A stretch of DNA of 64,000 nucleotides from Lytechinus pictus (lineage: Eukaryota), in contig NC_087263.1 of NCBI RefSeq assembly GCF_037042905.1, forward strand, positions 13,518,001 to 13,582,000, given 5' to 3'. Positions 11,754-25,918 of this stretch are shown here, one piece after another. A program made the position numbers and the translations under genes. The notes beneath the pieces are model-generated. The model ran no database searches, had not been told where the DNA came from, and worked only from the letters and a program-made list of their open reading frames with translations. Numbering within the stretch: position 1 is the stretch's first letter; the number at the start of each line of letters is the position of its first letter.

Positions 11754-11936
11754 CCTGACATTCGGGAAATGGTTCAGAGAAATATCCGTTGCTTGTGCAG
11801 TTAAGAGATGATGGCCCAATCAGTTCATAACCAGTTTGACAAGAAAAGGTGCATTCTTGACTGTAGATTACTGGAAATCCATTTTCACACGATGAAAGTA
11901 AGGGGTCTTCTATCGATGATACGTTGCATGTTACAA
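11754..11936 (-). CDS. R9 CCP exon B
   Basis: 183 nt, AG/GTAAGT, open frame. Confidence 0.9.
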
Positions 11937-12885
11937 CTTATTTAACAACAAAAAAGAAAGAAGTAATAAACAAATATATTCTGTCAAAAGAGTATTTGTT
12001 GTAAATTTCTTCTAATTATTGATATTGGAATATAGTAGGAACTCTTTAAGTGCATTATGTGAAGTGATTGAGCTGTTCCTTTTCTTTGATATTCCCGACA
12101 GCCCCCCCTCCCCCCACGCAAGAACGTAAAAGTTCGTTCAGGATTTGCACATGGTGTCACGCGCGTAAATGGCACTTTCGAAAAATTCTTTAAAAAATAA
12201 ACGTAAAATTAGAGGGTCGAATGTTTACTACCAATGGAGAGGATATATATCTGACCAGGGAAGGGTATCGTAGCCAGCTCATTTTAAAAATCAATCGCCA
12301 TTTATGAAGATAACTATGATGGGATCAAATTTATCAACTGAAACAGTAAAATAGCCCTAATTCTTTCGCCAGTCAAAAAATAGTTCCAAAGTCATTGATA
12401 TATCTTCTCAATTTGGGCAAAAGAAGTTCAGTAGTTACCATTTCTATAATCAGTGTTAGATTTTCAATTATATTCATACACTTTTGTCAATCAGCAATAT
12501 CAAATTGAAAAAAAAATTCGAATGGGTTGGGTCGAACGAATATCTTTAGCCGTCCTGTTGTAATTAGGCTCATGAAACCATGGGTTTCCTGCACGCCATC
12601 AACGACCGAGTAGCTCTGCATGGGAGGATTACCATAATGCGCTCAAGTAGGCTGTGAGACATAGACATACTACTAAAATCGCTATAAGGGGTCTAATTTC
12701 ACGAAATTTACGAGGCACCTTTGGTGCGTGTTACGGGCCCTCGCCCCCCCCCCCCCACCTTTAAAAGTTTCTGGATCCGCCCCTTGATTGTTTTTCATTT
12801 CCTTGAAAGTCCCAACAGTTTCCACGACATGCAGGAACGAAAAAGTATAGTTAGCAATTGTAACACTTCTTTTCATTTTACTTAC

Positions 12886-13080
12886 TCTCGCATTCGGGAA
12901 ATGGTTCTGAGAAATGTCCAGAGCGTGTGCAGACCACAGATGATGGCCCAGTTAGCTTATGACTAGTTTGACAAGAAAAGTTGCATTCTTGACTGTAGTT
13001 TGCTGGAACTCCATTTTCACAGGAAGAAAGTAAGGGTACTTCTATCCCTGATACGTTGCACGTTACATTTGGGCCTACAA
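12886..13080 (-). CDS. R9 CCP exon A (CTRSG variant)
   Basis: 195 nt, AG/GTAAGT, open frame. Confidence 0.9.
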
Positions 13081-14838
13081 CTTATTTAAATAAAGAAAAG
13101 GAGAGCATCAACACATCATTCATCACTGACATTTGAAAATGCGTTTTTAAAGTACTTTCACTCCTACATGCTGATTCGTCTAAATAACATCAAACATATA
13201 GACCTATTCTTACTATTTTTGCGATGTTTAAAATGAAACGCCTACTGAAGCAAATATACTATTCCAAGACGACAATAGCCACCTTTCGCGAACCTCAGTG
13301 ACGGTAACATTAGGGTCCCGTGACACAAAGGTTAACAATTAATCGTACGACACTAGATTTTTCACAATTGATTGAACGTTGTAGTCAATAGAATCAATTG
13401 TAGAAAATTCTTTCTGTTACGGGCCCTAGATCTGCGTTTCGTGCGCAAAATTCATTCATGCGACATCATGCATGCCTTTCGCAAGTTGTGAGATTAGAGA
13501 ATCCCGTGCTTTCACATACATACGACTGGTCATGACAGCATGCCCGCCTGACCATGGAATTGTACTCATGCCGCTGGGCTAGAGATATGAGAAACACTTC
13601 GCGTACATGTCTACATGGTGTATTATGACACGAATAAGAAAAAGGTTTTTCAAACAAATTGAGTACATATTAATTGAGGAAAAATATTATTGAATTAAGG
13701 CGGACACCCACCCCTTAAAAACATTTAAAAGGACTCGAAAAGGTCAAGCGCGTACAAAGTTCCACATTTTATTCTCCTGTGTGTTGTTTCTTACGTATTG
13801 GTATGCATGTTACAAATGTAGTACTTTCAAGGGCGCAGGGTGGTTTGAGCATGGCAGGTGGAACTAAAGTGGTATGGGGGTGCACCAGTGGCGTATCTAG
13901 GGCAAATGGCGCCCGGGGCAAGTGCTAAAATCGCGCCCCTTATATATTTCTACACTTAATAAAGACATGACAAGTGAAGGCATACTATCAATGCGAGTGC
14001 GAATATTTTTCAATATCAAGACGTTAAGATGGAATATTCTAAGTTAATTCTTTTTAAAATGATATAACATGATTCGTATTTAACTAAACAACGAATGCGA
14101 AGCGCGAGCTGAAAAATATTAGAATTTAGACCTAAAATTGGGACATTTTGGGGTGAAGTAGTCCCACGATTCGCATCTATATTAGCAATCAAGCTCGAGG
14201 GTTCAGCTGAAATACTTATACTTGAAAGGAAAAAAATAAAGGACTATATGTACGAATTCATGAAAAGGATCCGTATCTCATCAGCGTAATGCGAGTGCGA
14301 AGCGCGAGCTAATTTTGTTCATATCCTCACCTAAAAAGGGACATTTTAATAATTGTTTGTAAAAGTCATTGAAGAGGATTTGTATTTCCAATGTCAAATC
14401 AGAGCCTGATGAAAGCTTTGAATATTAAACCAGAAAAAATTGTATTTCAGAACTGTTTGTAAGAATTACTAAAGAGTAACGTATCAAAATGCACACCTGT
14501 AGCTAGAGATGAAAATCTATGATATTTGCTTTTGAAAATGAATATTTTAAGGACAGTTTGTTAGAATTTCTGAGGAGAATAAGTATGTAACTGATCAAAA
14601 GTTGGCACAAATATTCATCCCTGAGTAAAGACATGTATTTTCTAAATGTGTTAGAACACATTTTTAAATGTGTTGAAAACTAAATTACCATGGTCATACA
14701 TTTATTCCTTTGTTTTCTTTCTTAATTTTTGTGTTTTCTTTTTCTTTCTTTGCGTCCCCTGAAGGTGGCGCCTTGGGCATGTGCCCCCCTTGTCCCCCGC
14801 TAGATACGCCACTGGCCGGTGCACATCTCGGGGAGGTG

Positions 14839-15130
14839 CAGTGGCGTACCTAGGATTTTCCACAGGCGGGGCAAAAAAAAAAGGTCTTTAACCACAAATA
14901 AATGATTTCATACAGAAAAAAGTTTGACAAGCAAAAAAAAAAAAAAAAAAGGTCTTCAACCACAAATAAAGGATTTCGTACCAGAAAAAAATTTGACAAG
15001 GAAAAAAAAAAATTAGGTCTTCAAGACTCGTCAGGGAGGGGGGGGGGGGCAGGGATATGTCCCTTGCATGGGTTGTCACTCGTCCGGGGGGGGGGGCAGT
15101 CTGCCCCCCCCCCCCGTAGGTACGCTAGTG
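14839..15130. mobile_element. hAT-like MITE with 8-bp TSD GGGAGGTG (R9)
   Basis: TIR CAGTGGCGTACCTA...TAGGTACGCTAGTG; empty site in 8 units. Confidence 0.9.
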
Positions 15131-15562
15131 GGGAGGTGGAACTAAAGTTTGGAAAATCAGCTGTTGAAAGCAGAAGAAGGGTTACAAATTTCGTTTTGCT
15201 TGTCAGTGTCGGAGCTCCTCTACCAAAGCAGGATGGTGCACGTGCAATCAAGAAACTCCTGTTTGGAGCGTTTTGGCCCAGTGGATTAGTCTCCAGACAT
15301 TGGAATAGAGGGTCGTACGTTCGAATCCCAGCCAAGGCGTTATTTCCTTCAGCAATATATTGATGGTCATTGTGCTGCACTCAATTTAGGTAATGTTAAT
15401 TGGTACATGGCAGCGATTTATTCCTTGAAACGCTTGAGCGCGGAACAGTATACCTCTGCTTAAACAGGGATAATTATGATCCATTTATTGTAGAGCGCTT
15501 AGAGACATGATGATAGGCGCTATGTAATCGAGTACAATTAATACTAAATAACAAAAACTTAC

Positions 15563-15670
15563 CACCGTATGAAAGCTTTGGAACATAGAAGGGCGGGGGA
15601 GATGCATTGCAGTTACACGATTGTCCGTAACTGAAACACACACTTTCGTGGGGTGCTGTTATAAATATGT
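15563..15670 (-). CDS. R9 linker exon L (FSYG variant)
   Basis: 108 nt, AG/GTAAGT, open frame. Confidence 0.82.
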
Positions 15671-16851
15671 CTAAAAGGAAACAAGAATGGTGTGTTCTGG
15701 TTAATTATTTGATGTTTAATATTTTATTTTATTGCTAAGATTGGGCAGTACACTGTAAAAAAACGTTGGGTAAATTTTAACCAGCACGAGGGTAATTATG
15801 TGTCCAACCAATTTTGGATAGTATTTTATCCAATGCAGGAAGCATATTGTCCAGTAACTTTAAACAATAAGCAGCAATTACTTTAGAGTGTGCAAAATAT
15901 TAATCACACTGGATAAATAAAAATGCCCAAAACAAACTCCCAATTTTGTTTGGACCCATAATTACCCACATGGAGCATTTTACACAATATTTTTAAAGTG
16001 TACTGTATGCATGGTATGAGCAGCCATAAACAACGGACCGCGTGAAACGAACAAAAACCTCAAATGATAAAAAGTTAACACCAAAGGGCATTAAAGGAGA
16101 AATATATTGATTACGAATATGGCCTCATTATATATCAGTGGAAAGGTAATGATGTGGGAATTATCATTTGGTCATTCAAAAATAACGAAAATAATACATA
16201 AGGTGGAAATCGCCAATTAAAAGCGCTAAAATTCCTCTCCGAAATATGCCACGCATCGGTCTCTGAATTGACTCGATGACGTGTATGTGTGTACGAGAGA
16301 CGTGATTGGTTCTCCCACGTCAAGCTCCACTTACAACTTATTGAACAAAAGAAAAGAAAAAAGTTATCCACAAAATTTAATATATTCCGTCAAAAAGACT
16401 GTTGTACTTTTCTTTTATTTAGTGATATTGATATCCAGTAGGCCTAGAAATTCTTAAACGCATTTTGTATAGTGTTCGATTGTTCCTTTTCTTTGAAAGT
16501 CCCAATAGTCTCCCCGAGATGCAAAAACGTAGAAGGTAGTTTAGCAGTTGTAATACTTCATTCTATTTTACTTATTCGGGCAAATACAAAACAAATATGT
16601 CATCAAATCAACTACAGATAAATAATAAAAGTTATACAATAGTAACAACAGCTTGTATGGAAATGACCGATCCACTGAGGACTATTACGTAACTTCTATT
16701 TTTATATTAAGGTCTGGAGGAACTACTTGTTGGAAGTTGTGCATCCACTTCATTTGTTTGTGATATCTTCAAAACGACCGTCTTAGGGATGCACGAATGT
16801 CAAGTTAAATTAATTTATACAGTTCATCTCACTTTTTATTATTTCACTTAC

Positions 16852-17034
16852 CCTGACATTCGGGAAATGGTTCAGAGAAATATCCGTTGCTTGTGCAGTT
16901 AAGAGATGATGGCCCAATCAGTTCATAACCAGTTTGACAAGAAAAGGTGCATTCTTGACTGTAGATTACTGGAAATCCATTTTCACACGATGAAAGTAAG
17001 GGGTCTTCTATCGATGATACGTTGCATGTTACAA
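16852..17034 (-). CDS. R8 CCP exon B
   Basis: 183 nt, AG/GTAAGT, open frame. Confidence 0.9.
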
Positions 17035-19108
17035 CTTATTTAACAACAAAAAAGAAAGAAGTAATAAACAAATATATTCTGTCAAAAAGAGTGTTTGTTG
17101 TAAATTTCTTCTAATTATTGATATTGGAATATAGTAGGAACTCTTTAAGTGCATTATGTGAAGTGATTGAGCTGTTCCTTTTCTTTGATATTCCCGACAG
17201 CCCCCCCCCCCACACAAGAACGTAAAAGTTCGTTCATGATTTGCACATGGTGTCAAGCGCGTAAATGGCACTTTCGAAAACTTCTTAAAAAATAAACGTA
17301 AAATTAGAGGGTCGAATGTTTACTACCAATGGAGAGGATATATATCTGACATTCCATATCTGACCAGGGAAGGGTATCGTAGCCAGCTCATTTAAAAAAT
17401 CAATCGCCATTTATGAAGATAACTATGATGGGATCAAATTTATCAACTGAAACAGTAAAATTGCCCTAATTCTTTCGCCAGTCAAAAAAAAAGTTCCAAA
17501 GTCATTGATATATCTTCTCAATTCGGGCAAAAGAAGTTCAGTAGTTACCATTTCTATAATCAGTGTTAGATTTTCCATTATATTCATACACTTTTGTCAA
17601 TCAGCAATATTAAATTGAAAAAAAATTCGAATGGGTTGGGTCGAACGAATATCTTTAGCCGTCCTGTTGTAATTAGGCTCATGAAATCACATGGGTTTCC
17701 TGCACGCCATCAACGGCCGAGTAGCTCGGCATGGGAGGATTACCATAATGTGCTCAAGGTCTCACGCGCGTAAAACATTCCCCATAGACTTGTGTGTTAA
17801 AATGGCACTTAAGAAAAATTCATAAAAAATAAATGTGAAATTAGAGGGTCGAATGTTTACTACCTTTGGATAGGATATATATCTGACATTCCATATCTGA
17901 CAAGAGAAGGGTATCGTAGCCAGCTCATTTTAAAAATAAATCGCCATTTATGAAGATAACTATGATGGGATCAAATTCATCAACTGAAACAGTAAAATAG
18001 CCCCAATTCTTCCGCCAGTCAAAAAATAGTTCCAAATCATTGATATATCTTCCCAATTTGGGCAAAGGAAGTTCAGTAGTTACCATTTCTAGAATCAGTG
18101 TTAGATTTTGAATCATATTCATACACTTTTGTCAATCAGCAATATCAAATTTAAAAAATTCGAATGCGTTGGGTCGAACGAATATCCATATGAATTTGTT
18201 GTGTTCACTTAACGCGCGCACCGTGGCAAATCCCCTATTCCGGCGTCAAAAACTTGACAAAATAGACCCATTTTCGGCTCTTTTAACTCATATCTCAAAA
18301 ACCGTTCGAGATTTTTCACGGGTTCAAACGGTTTCTTAATCTTAGACTTGTTCTACATCTCATGATATCTGTCATTTTATATTCTGATTAAAAAAACAAC
18401 CGTGTTTTTTTGACTGAAAATACACAGTTTCTCGTGTTTTTGTGTGAGAGAAGCACTTTTTGCACTGTTTTGGGCTCGATCTTCTCTTACAGCGTCTGAC
18501 TTTCGTATCAAAATGTCTCAGTTCAAAGACTATCTGATAGACAGGTTGTAACTCTTTCTTGTGATATAAGGTTCAACCTAATTGGTTGAAAAAAACCGCC
18601 GTGTTTTTTAGGTCAAACTTTACAATCCAATGAACTTTTTTTGTATTTATCACGCATAATCTACATTAATTGATTAGTCGCACTGCGCACGATTGTCTAT
18701 TTTAGTATGCCTATCAACTCTTTATACTCTTTCCTCTCCTATCAAAAATTGAAAGGGGGTACAATATCCTCGTCCTAGATATAAGAAGAAGAAGAGAACA
18801 TTTCCTTTTCATTACATGTAAAATCATGCCCATTCTTGAAAAAAAAAAAACATTCGTCACTTCTAGGTTAAACTTTACAATGCAATTAACTTTTTTGTTC
18901 TTATCATGCACAATATCCATTAATTGGTCGCACTGTGCTCGATTGGATTTTGGTATACGATGTTCAACCTGGCAGCAGCGCGTTTTGCGTTAGATTTGGA
19001 AATCCTCGTTCCCAGACAGGGATATGTAACATGTAAGCTTTTCATAGATATAAAATTCATATTGATTGATTAATATTTAGCTCCGTCAATTTTCACGTTA
19101 AATCATGC

Positions 19109-20794
19109 TTGTCTCACTTTAAGAAGGATAAGGCTGAAAGCTTTAACAAATATGTCATTGGATTGCCCCAGAAAATATCTACAAAAATTCCTCACGTACC
19201 ACAATCTCCTTGTGACTATATGAAACGATGTAAAGATAATGCTTCTCTGTTTTTAAGCCCTGCTACAAAAGCTGAGATAATTAATATTGTATCGTCTTTA
19301 AAACCTTCTAAATCGAGTGGTTCTGATGATATTTCAACTCGAATTGTAAAGGAGAGTATTCACATTTTTGTTGAACCTTTATGTAAAATCATTAATATGT
19401 CATTATCTCAGGGGGTCGTTCCAGATAAACTAAAGGTAGCTTAAGTTGTGCCAGTGTATAAAAAATCTGATCGTAAGAATGTCGTAAATTATAGGCCGAT
19501 AGCATTGTTACCAATATTTTCAAAGATTCTCGAGAAAATAATTTATAAACGTTTAAATGAGTTTTTATCTAAAAAGAACATATTGATTCCTCAGCAGTGC
19601 GGATTTCGTAGAAACTTCTCCACACAAATGGGTGTTTTTAACTTATTGAGTAATATCATAAAGGCTATTGATGAAAACAAATATTGTCTGGGGATATTTT
19701 TAGATCTGTCAAAGGCATTTGATACCATTGACCATGATATCCTTCTCAAGAAACTTGAACACTATGGAATTCGTGGTGTAGCATTGTCATGGTTCCGAAG
19801 CTATTTGTGTGATAGGACACAATTTGTTATGATAGATAGATCTAGATCCAAACATGCTACGATTAACTATGGTGTACCTCAGGGTTCTGTTCTTGGTCCC
19901 CTGTTGTTTCTGATCTATATAAACGATATAATACATTCATCAACATTATTCTCATACTCCCTGTTTGCTGATGATACCAGTCTGATGCTCTCTGATAAGT
20001 CAGTAGAAAATTTGTTACTGGTTGCAAATCAAGAAATTAAGAAGCTGTATTCATGGTTTTGTTGCAATAAGTTATTGTTGAACATTAAAAAAACCAAGTG
20101 CATAATTTTCCGCTCTAAGGGTAAAAAGCTTCCAGGGCGTATAACTTGTCTTCATATAGGGGGTCATGATGTTGAACCAAGTGCAAATATTTTGTTTCTT
20201 GGGTTATATATCGATGAGCACCTATCCTGGAAAAATCATCTAGATGCTGTCTGCACAAAGGTGTCTCGCAGTGTAGGTGTTATTTATAGGTTAAAATCAA
20301 TTTTACCTGAAATGATACTGATAACAATATACAATAGTATTGTTCTACCTTATCTGACATATTGTAATGTTGCCTGGAGAAACACTTTTAAGTCTTATCT
20401 TGATAAATTGAGAGTATTGCAGAATAGGGCGATACGACTTATAACAAATTCTAATTATAGACATCCAAGTACTCCGTTATTTCTTCGTCTGAAAATGCTA
20501 CCACTTAGTGAACTTGTGTCGTTCAATTGTGCATTGTTCATGTTCAAACTACAATCGATGCCCCAAGAATGTACTTTAAAAAAATTATTTCTTCAGAATT
20601 CACAAATACATAGTTATAATACACGTCAAAAGGATCTTATTCGTCAGCCATTTGCGAGAACAAATGTCACTCTGACCTCCTTTCATATATCATGTATTAA
20701 AGAGTGGAACAATTTACCTGTTGATATAAAAAATAGTAAAACTCTTTTCATGATCAAAAGATTATCCAAAACTTACTTTCTTGACAGATTATGA
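19109..20794 (+). pseudogene. LINE reverse transcriptase pseudo-ORF with one in-frame stop (TAA 19442-19444) and no endonuclease
   Basis: ORFs 19109-19444 and 19448-20794 share a frame; motifs NYRPIALL, FLDLSKAFD, GVPQGSVLGPLLFLIYIND, FADDT. Confidence 0.92.
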
Positions 20795-21229
20795 TTATTT
20801 TCCTTCAATATGTATTTTAAGTTGATGTATTTGCATTTAAGTTGATGACCTACTCAGAATTTATGTTTAGTATGTGCATATGTGGGTGAATGTGGTTGTG
20901 TGTGGGTGTGTGTGTGTGTGTATATATGTGTGTCTGTAACAGTTTCCATTCTATTTTTAGCATCTTAACCTTATATATATATATATTTTTGTCTCTCCTT
21001 TTGTATCTTGTAGATTAGTATATATACCATGTTGTATGTTAATAATCATAAGTATTTCAGGGCCCTACTCACAAGCTTTGCTTTTAAAGGGGTCCTAAAA
21101 CCAATTCGTCTATGCTATAATCTAATTGATGTATGTTTATGTACTCATTTACATTGTATGTATATCCATTTTGATTATGATGTGATGTTTTTTGGTTTTG
21201 AATAAATAAACTTGAAACTTGAACTTGAA
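19125..21229 (+). mobile_element. 5'-truncated CR1/L2-group LINE, a different family from 1-2598
   Basis: RT ORF, 3' UTR with (TG)n, AATAAA and (AACTTG)n-like tail at 21201-21229; 5' boundary approximate. Confidence 0.92.
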
Positions 21230-22050
21230 GCCAAATCCAGGGATGAATAATGTACCGGTGCATATACGTATACGTGCAGCGCATGAACGGTGTATACACC
21301 ACACAATACGCCGAATACCTTTCTATGCAATAATCACGTACACACACAATGCGCGCAGTAATAAACAACGCGTCGCTAAGACAACTGAACCTGAACTCGG
21401 GAGTACATCGAGGGAAGGAGTACAGAATCAGAGAAAATTATTCTCACTTTTTGGTCAGAAGAAAACATTTCCTTATTTGTCTATATCTTAACATAAACAG
21501 AAGCTGTTCCGTTATCCTTATGTCGTACCACAGTCAATATCATAAACAAATTACAGTGATTTTATTTTGTCACAATTAATAAACTTAATTAGGGCAATTT
21601 ATGCACCCCCAAGAAGTAGTGTTTACGGCCCGGCCTATCTCTACCACACAGACCACACAGACTTCGCGCAGTTCGGTCAAGGCGGTACGCGTATCATTAA
21701 CTGCCAAATACAGCCGACCCAAGCTGAATAAAACCTTCATATTAGGTGAACAAAATAGGGGGTAACAAATTCATATGTTTAGCCCTCCTGATGTAATTAG
21801 GCTCATGGCACCTCAAGTAGGCTGTGAGACATAGACATACTACTAAAATCGCTATTAGGGGTCTAATTTCACGAAATTTAGGAGGCACCTTTGGTGCGTG
21901 TTACGGGGCCCTCGCTCCCCCCCCCCCACCTTTAAAAGTGTCTGGATCCGCCCCTTGATTATTCCATTTCCTTGAAAGTCCCAACAGTTTCCACGACATG
22001 CAGGAACGAAAAAGTATAGCAATTGAAACACTTCTTTTTATTTTACTTAC

Positions 22051-22245
22051 TCTCGCATTCGGGAAATGGTTCCGAGAAATGTCCAGTGCTTGTGCAGACC
22101 ACAGATGATGGCCCAGTTAGCTTATGACTAGTTTGACAAGAAAAGTTGCATTCTTGACTGTAGTTTGCTGGAACTCCATTTTCACAGGAAGAAAGTAAGG
22201 GTACTTCTATCCCTGATACGTTGCACGTTACATTTGGGCCTACAA
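22051..22245 (-). CDS. R8 CCP exon A
   Basis: 195 nt, AG/GTAAGT, open frame. Confidence 0.9.
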
Positions 22246-24440
22246 CTTATTTAAATAAAGAAAAGGAGAGCATCAACACATCATTCATCACTGACATTTG
22301 AAAATGCGTTTTTAAAGTAATTTTACTCCTACATGCTGATTCGTCTAAATAACATCAAACATATAGACCTATTTTTACTATTTTTGCGATGTTTAAAATG
22401 AAACGCCTACTGAAGCAAATTTACTATTCCAAGACGACAATTGCCACCTTTCGCGAATCTCAGGGACGGTAACATTAGGGTCCCGTGACACAAAGGTTAA
22501 CAATTAATCGTACGACACTAGATTTTCACAATTGATTGAACATTGTAGTCAATAGAATCAATTGTAGAAAATTGTTTCTGTTACGGGCCCTAGATCTGCG
22601 TTTCGTGTGCAAAATTCATTCATGCGACACCATGCATGCCTTTCGCAAGTTGTGAGATTAGAGAATCCCGTGCTTTCACATACATACGACTGGTCATGAC
22701 AGCATGCCCGCCTGACCCTGGAATTGTACTCATGCCGCTGGGCTGGAGAAATGAGAAACACTTCGCGTACATGCCTACAAGGTGTATTATAACATGAATA
22801 AGAAAATGCTTTTTCAAACAAATTGAGTACATATTAAGTGAGGAAAAATTTTATTGAATTAAGGCGGACACCCACCCCTTAAAAACACTTAAAAGTACTC
22901 GAAAAGGTCAAGAGCGTACAAAGTTCCACATTTTATTCTCCTGCGTGTTGTTTCTTACGTATTGGTATGCATGTTACAAATGTAGTACTTTCAAGGGCGC
23001 AGGGTGGTTTGAGCATGGGGGGGGGGGTGGAACTAAAGCGGTATGGGGGTGCACCAGTGGTGTATCTAGGGCAAATGGCGCCCGTGGCAAATGCTAAAAT
23101 GGGTTCCGCGGCAAGTGCTAAAATCGCGCCCCTTATATATTTCTACACTTAATAAAGACATGACAAGTGAAGGCATACTATCAATGCAAGTGCGAATATT
23201 TTTCAATATCAAGACGTTAAGATGGAATATTCTAAGTTAATTCTTTTTAAAATGATATAACATGATCCTTATTTAAATAAAAAACGAATGCGAAGCGCGA
23301 GCTGAAAAATATAAGAATTTAGACCTGAAATCGAAACATTTTAGGGCGAAGTAATCCCACGATGCGTATCTATTTTAGAAATCAATGCAAGCACAAGGGT
23401 TAAGCTGAAATACTTATACTGGGAAGGAAAATGGTTTAAGTACTATATGTACGAATTCATGAAAGGGATCCGTATCTCATCAGCGTAATGCAAGCGCGAA
23501 GCGCGAGCCCATTTTTTTCATATCCTCACCTAAAAAGGGAAATTTTAATAATTGTTTGTAAAAGTCAATGAAGAGGATTTGTATTTCCAATATCAAATCA
23601 GAGCGTGATGAAAGCTTTGAATATTAAACAAGAAAACATTTTTATTTCAGAACTGTTTGTAAGAATTACTAAAGAGTAACGTATCAAAATGCACACCTGT
23701 AGCTAGAGATGAAAATTTATGATATTTGCTTTTGAAAAGGAATATTTTAAGGACAGTTTGTTGGAATTTCGGAGGAGAATAAGTATGTAACTAATCAAAA
23801 GTTGGCACAAATATTCATCCCTGCGTAAAGACATGTATTTTCTAAATGTGTTGAAAACTAAATTACCATGGTAATACATTTATTCCTATGTTTTCTTTCT
23901 TCATTTTTGTGTTTTCTTTTTCTTTCTTTGCGTCCCCTGAAAGTGGCGCCTGGGGCAGGTGCCCCCTTGTCCCCTGCTAGATACGCCACTGGCCGGTGCA
24001 CATGTTGGGGAGGTGGAAGTCAAGTTTGGAAAATCAGCTGTTGAAAGCAGAAGAAGGGTTACAAATTTAGTTTTGCTTGCCAGTGTCGGAGCTCCTCTAC
24101 CAAAGCAAGAGGGTGCACGTGCGATCAAGAAACTCCTGTGTGGAGCGTTTTTGGCCCAGTGGATTAGTCTCTAAACACTGGAATAGAGGGTTGTACGTTC
24201 GAATCCCAGCCAAGGCGTTATTTCCTTCAGCAAGATAATGATGGTCATTGTGCTGCACTCAATTTAGGTAATGTTAATGGGTACATGGCACCGACTTATT
24301 TCTTGAAACGCTTGAGCGTGGAACAGTATACCTCTGCTTAAACAGGGTTAATTATGCTCCATTTATTGTAGAGCGCTTAGAGACATGAAAATAGGCGCTA
24401 TGTAATCGAGTACAATTAATACTAAATATTAAAAACTTAC

Positions 24441-24548
24441 CACCGTATGAAAGCTTTGGAACATAGAAGGGCGGGGGAGATGCATTGCAGTTACACGATT
24501 GTCCGTTACTGAAACACACACTTTCGTGGGGTGCTGTTATAAATATGT
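24441..24548 (-). CDS. R8 linker exon L
   Basis: 108 nt, tttatag acceptor, GTAAGT donor. Confidence 0.82.
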
Positions 24549-25735
24549 CTATAAAAAGGAAACAAGAATGGTGTGTTCTGGTTGATTATTTGATGTTTAA
24601 TCGTTCATTTTATTGCTAAGATTGGGCAGTACACTGTAACCAAATATTGGGTAAAATTTTAACCAGCACGAGGGTAATCATGTGTCCAACCAATTTTGGA
24701 CAGTATTTTACCCAATGCAGGAAGCATATTGTCCAGTAACGTTAAACAATAAGCAACAATTACTTTAGAATGGGCAAAATTTTAATCACACTGAATAGAT
24801 AAAAATGCCCAAAACAAATTCCCAATGTTGGTTGGACCCATAATTACCCCCATGGAGCATTTTTACACAATATTTTTAGAGTGTACTGTATACATGGTAT
24901 GAGCAGCCATAAACAACGTACCTCGTGAAACGAACAAAAACCTCAAATGATGAAAAGTTAACACCAAAGGGCATTAAAGGAGAAATATATTGATTATGAA
25001 TATGGCCTTATTATATATTAGTGCAAAGGTAATGATGTGGGAATTATCATTTGGTCATTCAAAAATAACGAAAATAATACATGAGGTGGAAATCGCCAAT
25101 TAAAAAGCGCTAAAATGCCTCTTCGAAATATGCCTCGCATCGGTCTCTGAATTGACTCGATGACGTGTATGTGTGTACGGGAGACGTGATTGGTTCTCCC
25201 ACGTCAAGCTCCACTTACAACTTATTGAACGAAAGAAAAGAAAAAAGTTATCCACAAAATGTAATATATTCCGTCAAAAAGACTGTTGTACTTTTCTTTA
25301 ATTTAGTGATATTGATATCCAGTAGGCCTAGAAACTCTTAAATGCATTTTGTGTAGTGTTCGATTGTTCCTTTTCTTTGAAAGTCCCAATAGTCTCCCCG
25401 AGATGCAAGAACGTAGAAGGTAGTTTAGCAGTTGTAATACTTCATTCTATTTTACTTATTCGGGCAAATACAAAACAAATATGTCATCAAATCAACTACA
25501 GATAAATAATAAAAGTTATACAATAGTAACAACAGCTTGTATGGAAATGACCGATCCACTGAGGACTATTACGTAACTTCTATTTTTATATTAAGGTCTG
25601 GAGGAACTACTTGTTGGAAGTTGTGCATCCACTTCATTTGTTTGTGATATCTTCCCAACGACTGTCCTCGGGATGCACGAATGTCAAGTTAAATTAATTT
25701 ATACAGTTCATCTCACTTTATATTATTTCACTTAC

Positions 25736-25918
25736 ACTGACATTCGGGAAATGGTTCAGAGAAATATCCGTTGCTTGTGCAGTTAAGAGATGATGGCCCA
25801 ATCAGTTCATAACCAGTTTGACAAGAAAAGGTGCATTCTTGACTGTAGATTACTGGAAATCCATTTTCACACGATGAAAGTAAGGGGTCTTCTATCGATG
25901 ATACGTTGCATGTTACAA
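25736..25918 (-). CDS. R7 CCP exon B (donor -1 base is T)
   Basis: 183 nt, T|GTAAGT donor, open frame. Confidence 0.87.

Larger units (their letters stand above)
18187..21777. mobile_element. Nested inverted-repeat element
   Basis: Perfect 14-bp inverted termini CATATGAATTTGTT...AACAAATTCATATG; absent from resident copies of the host element. Confidence 0.75.
17758..21812. mobile_element. Unit-specific composite insertion: GGTGTCA-family element carrying nested elements
   Basis: TCAA|GGTCTCACG...CATGGCACC|TCAA; empty site gcgctcaagtagg in other units. Confidence 0.88.

Noticed and set aside
1..20794. RT ORFs as retron, DGR or a domesticated diversifier of the CCP repeats
   Set aside because: Motifs and 3' tails are ordinary CR1/L2-group LINE features; each is a unit-specific insertion; the repeats retain introns, so they arose by DNA-level duplication
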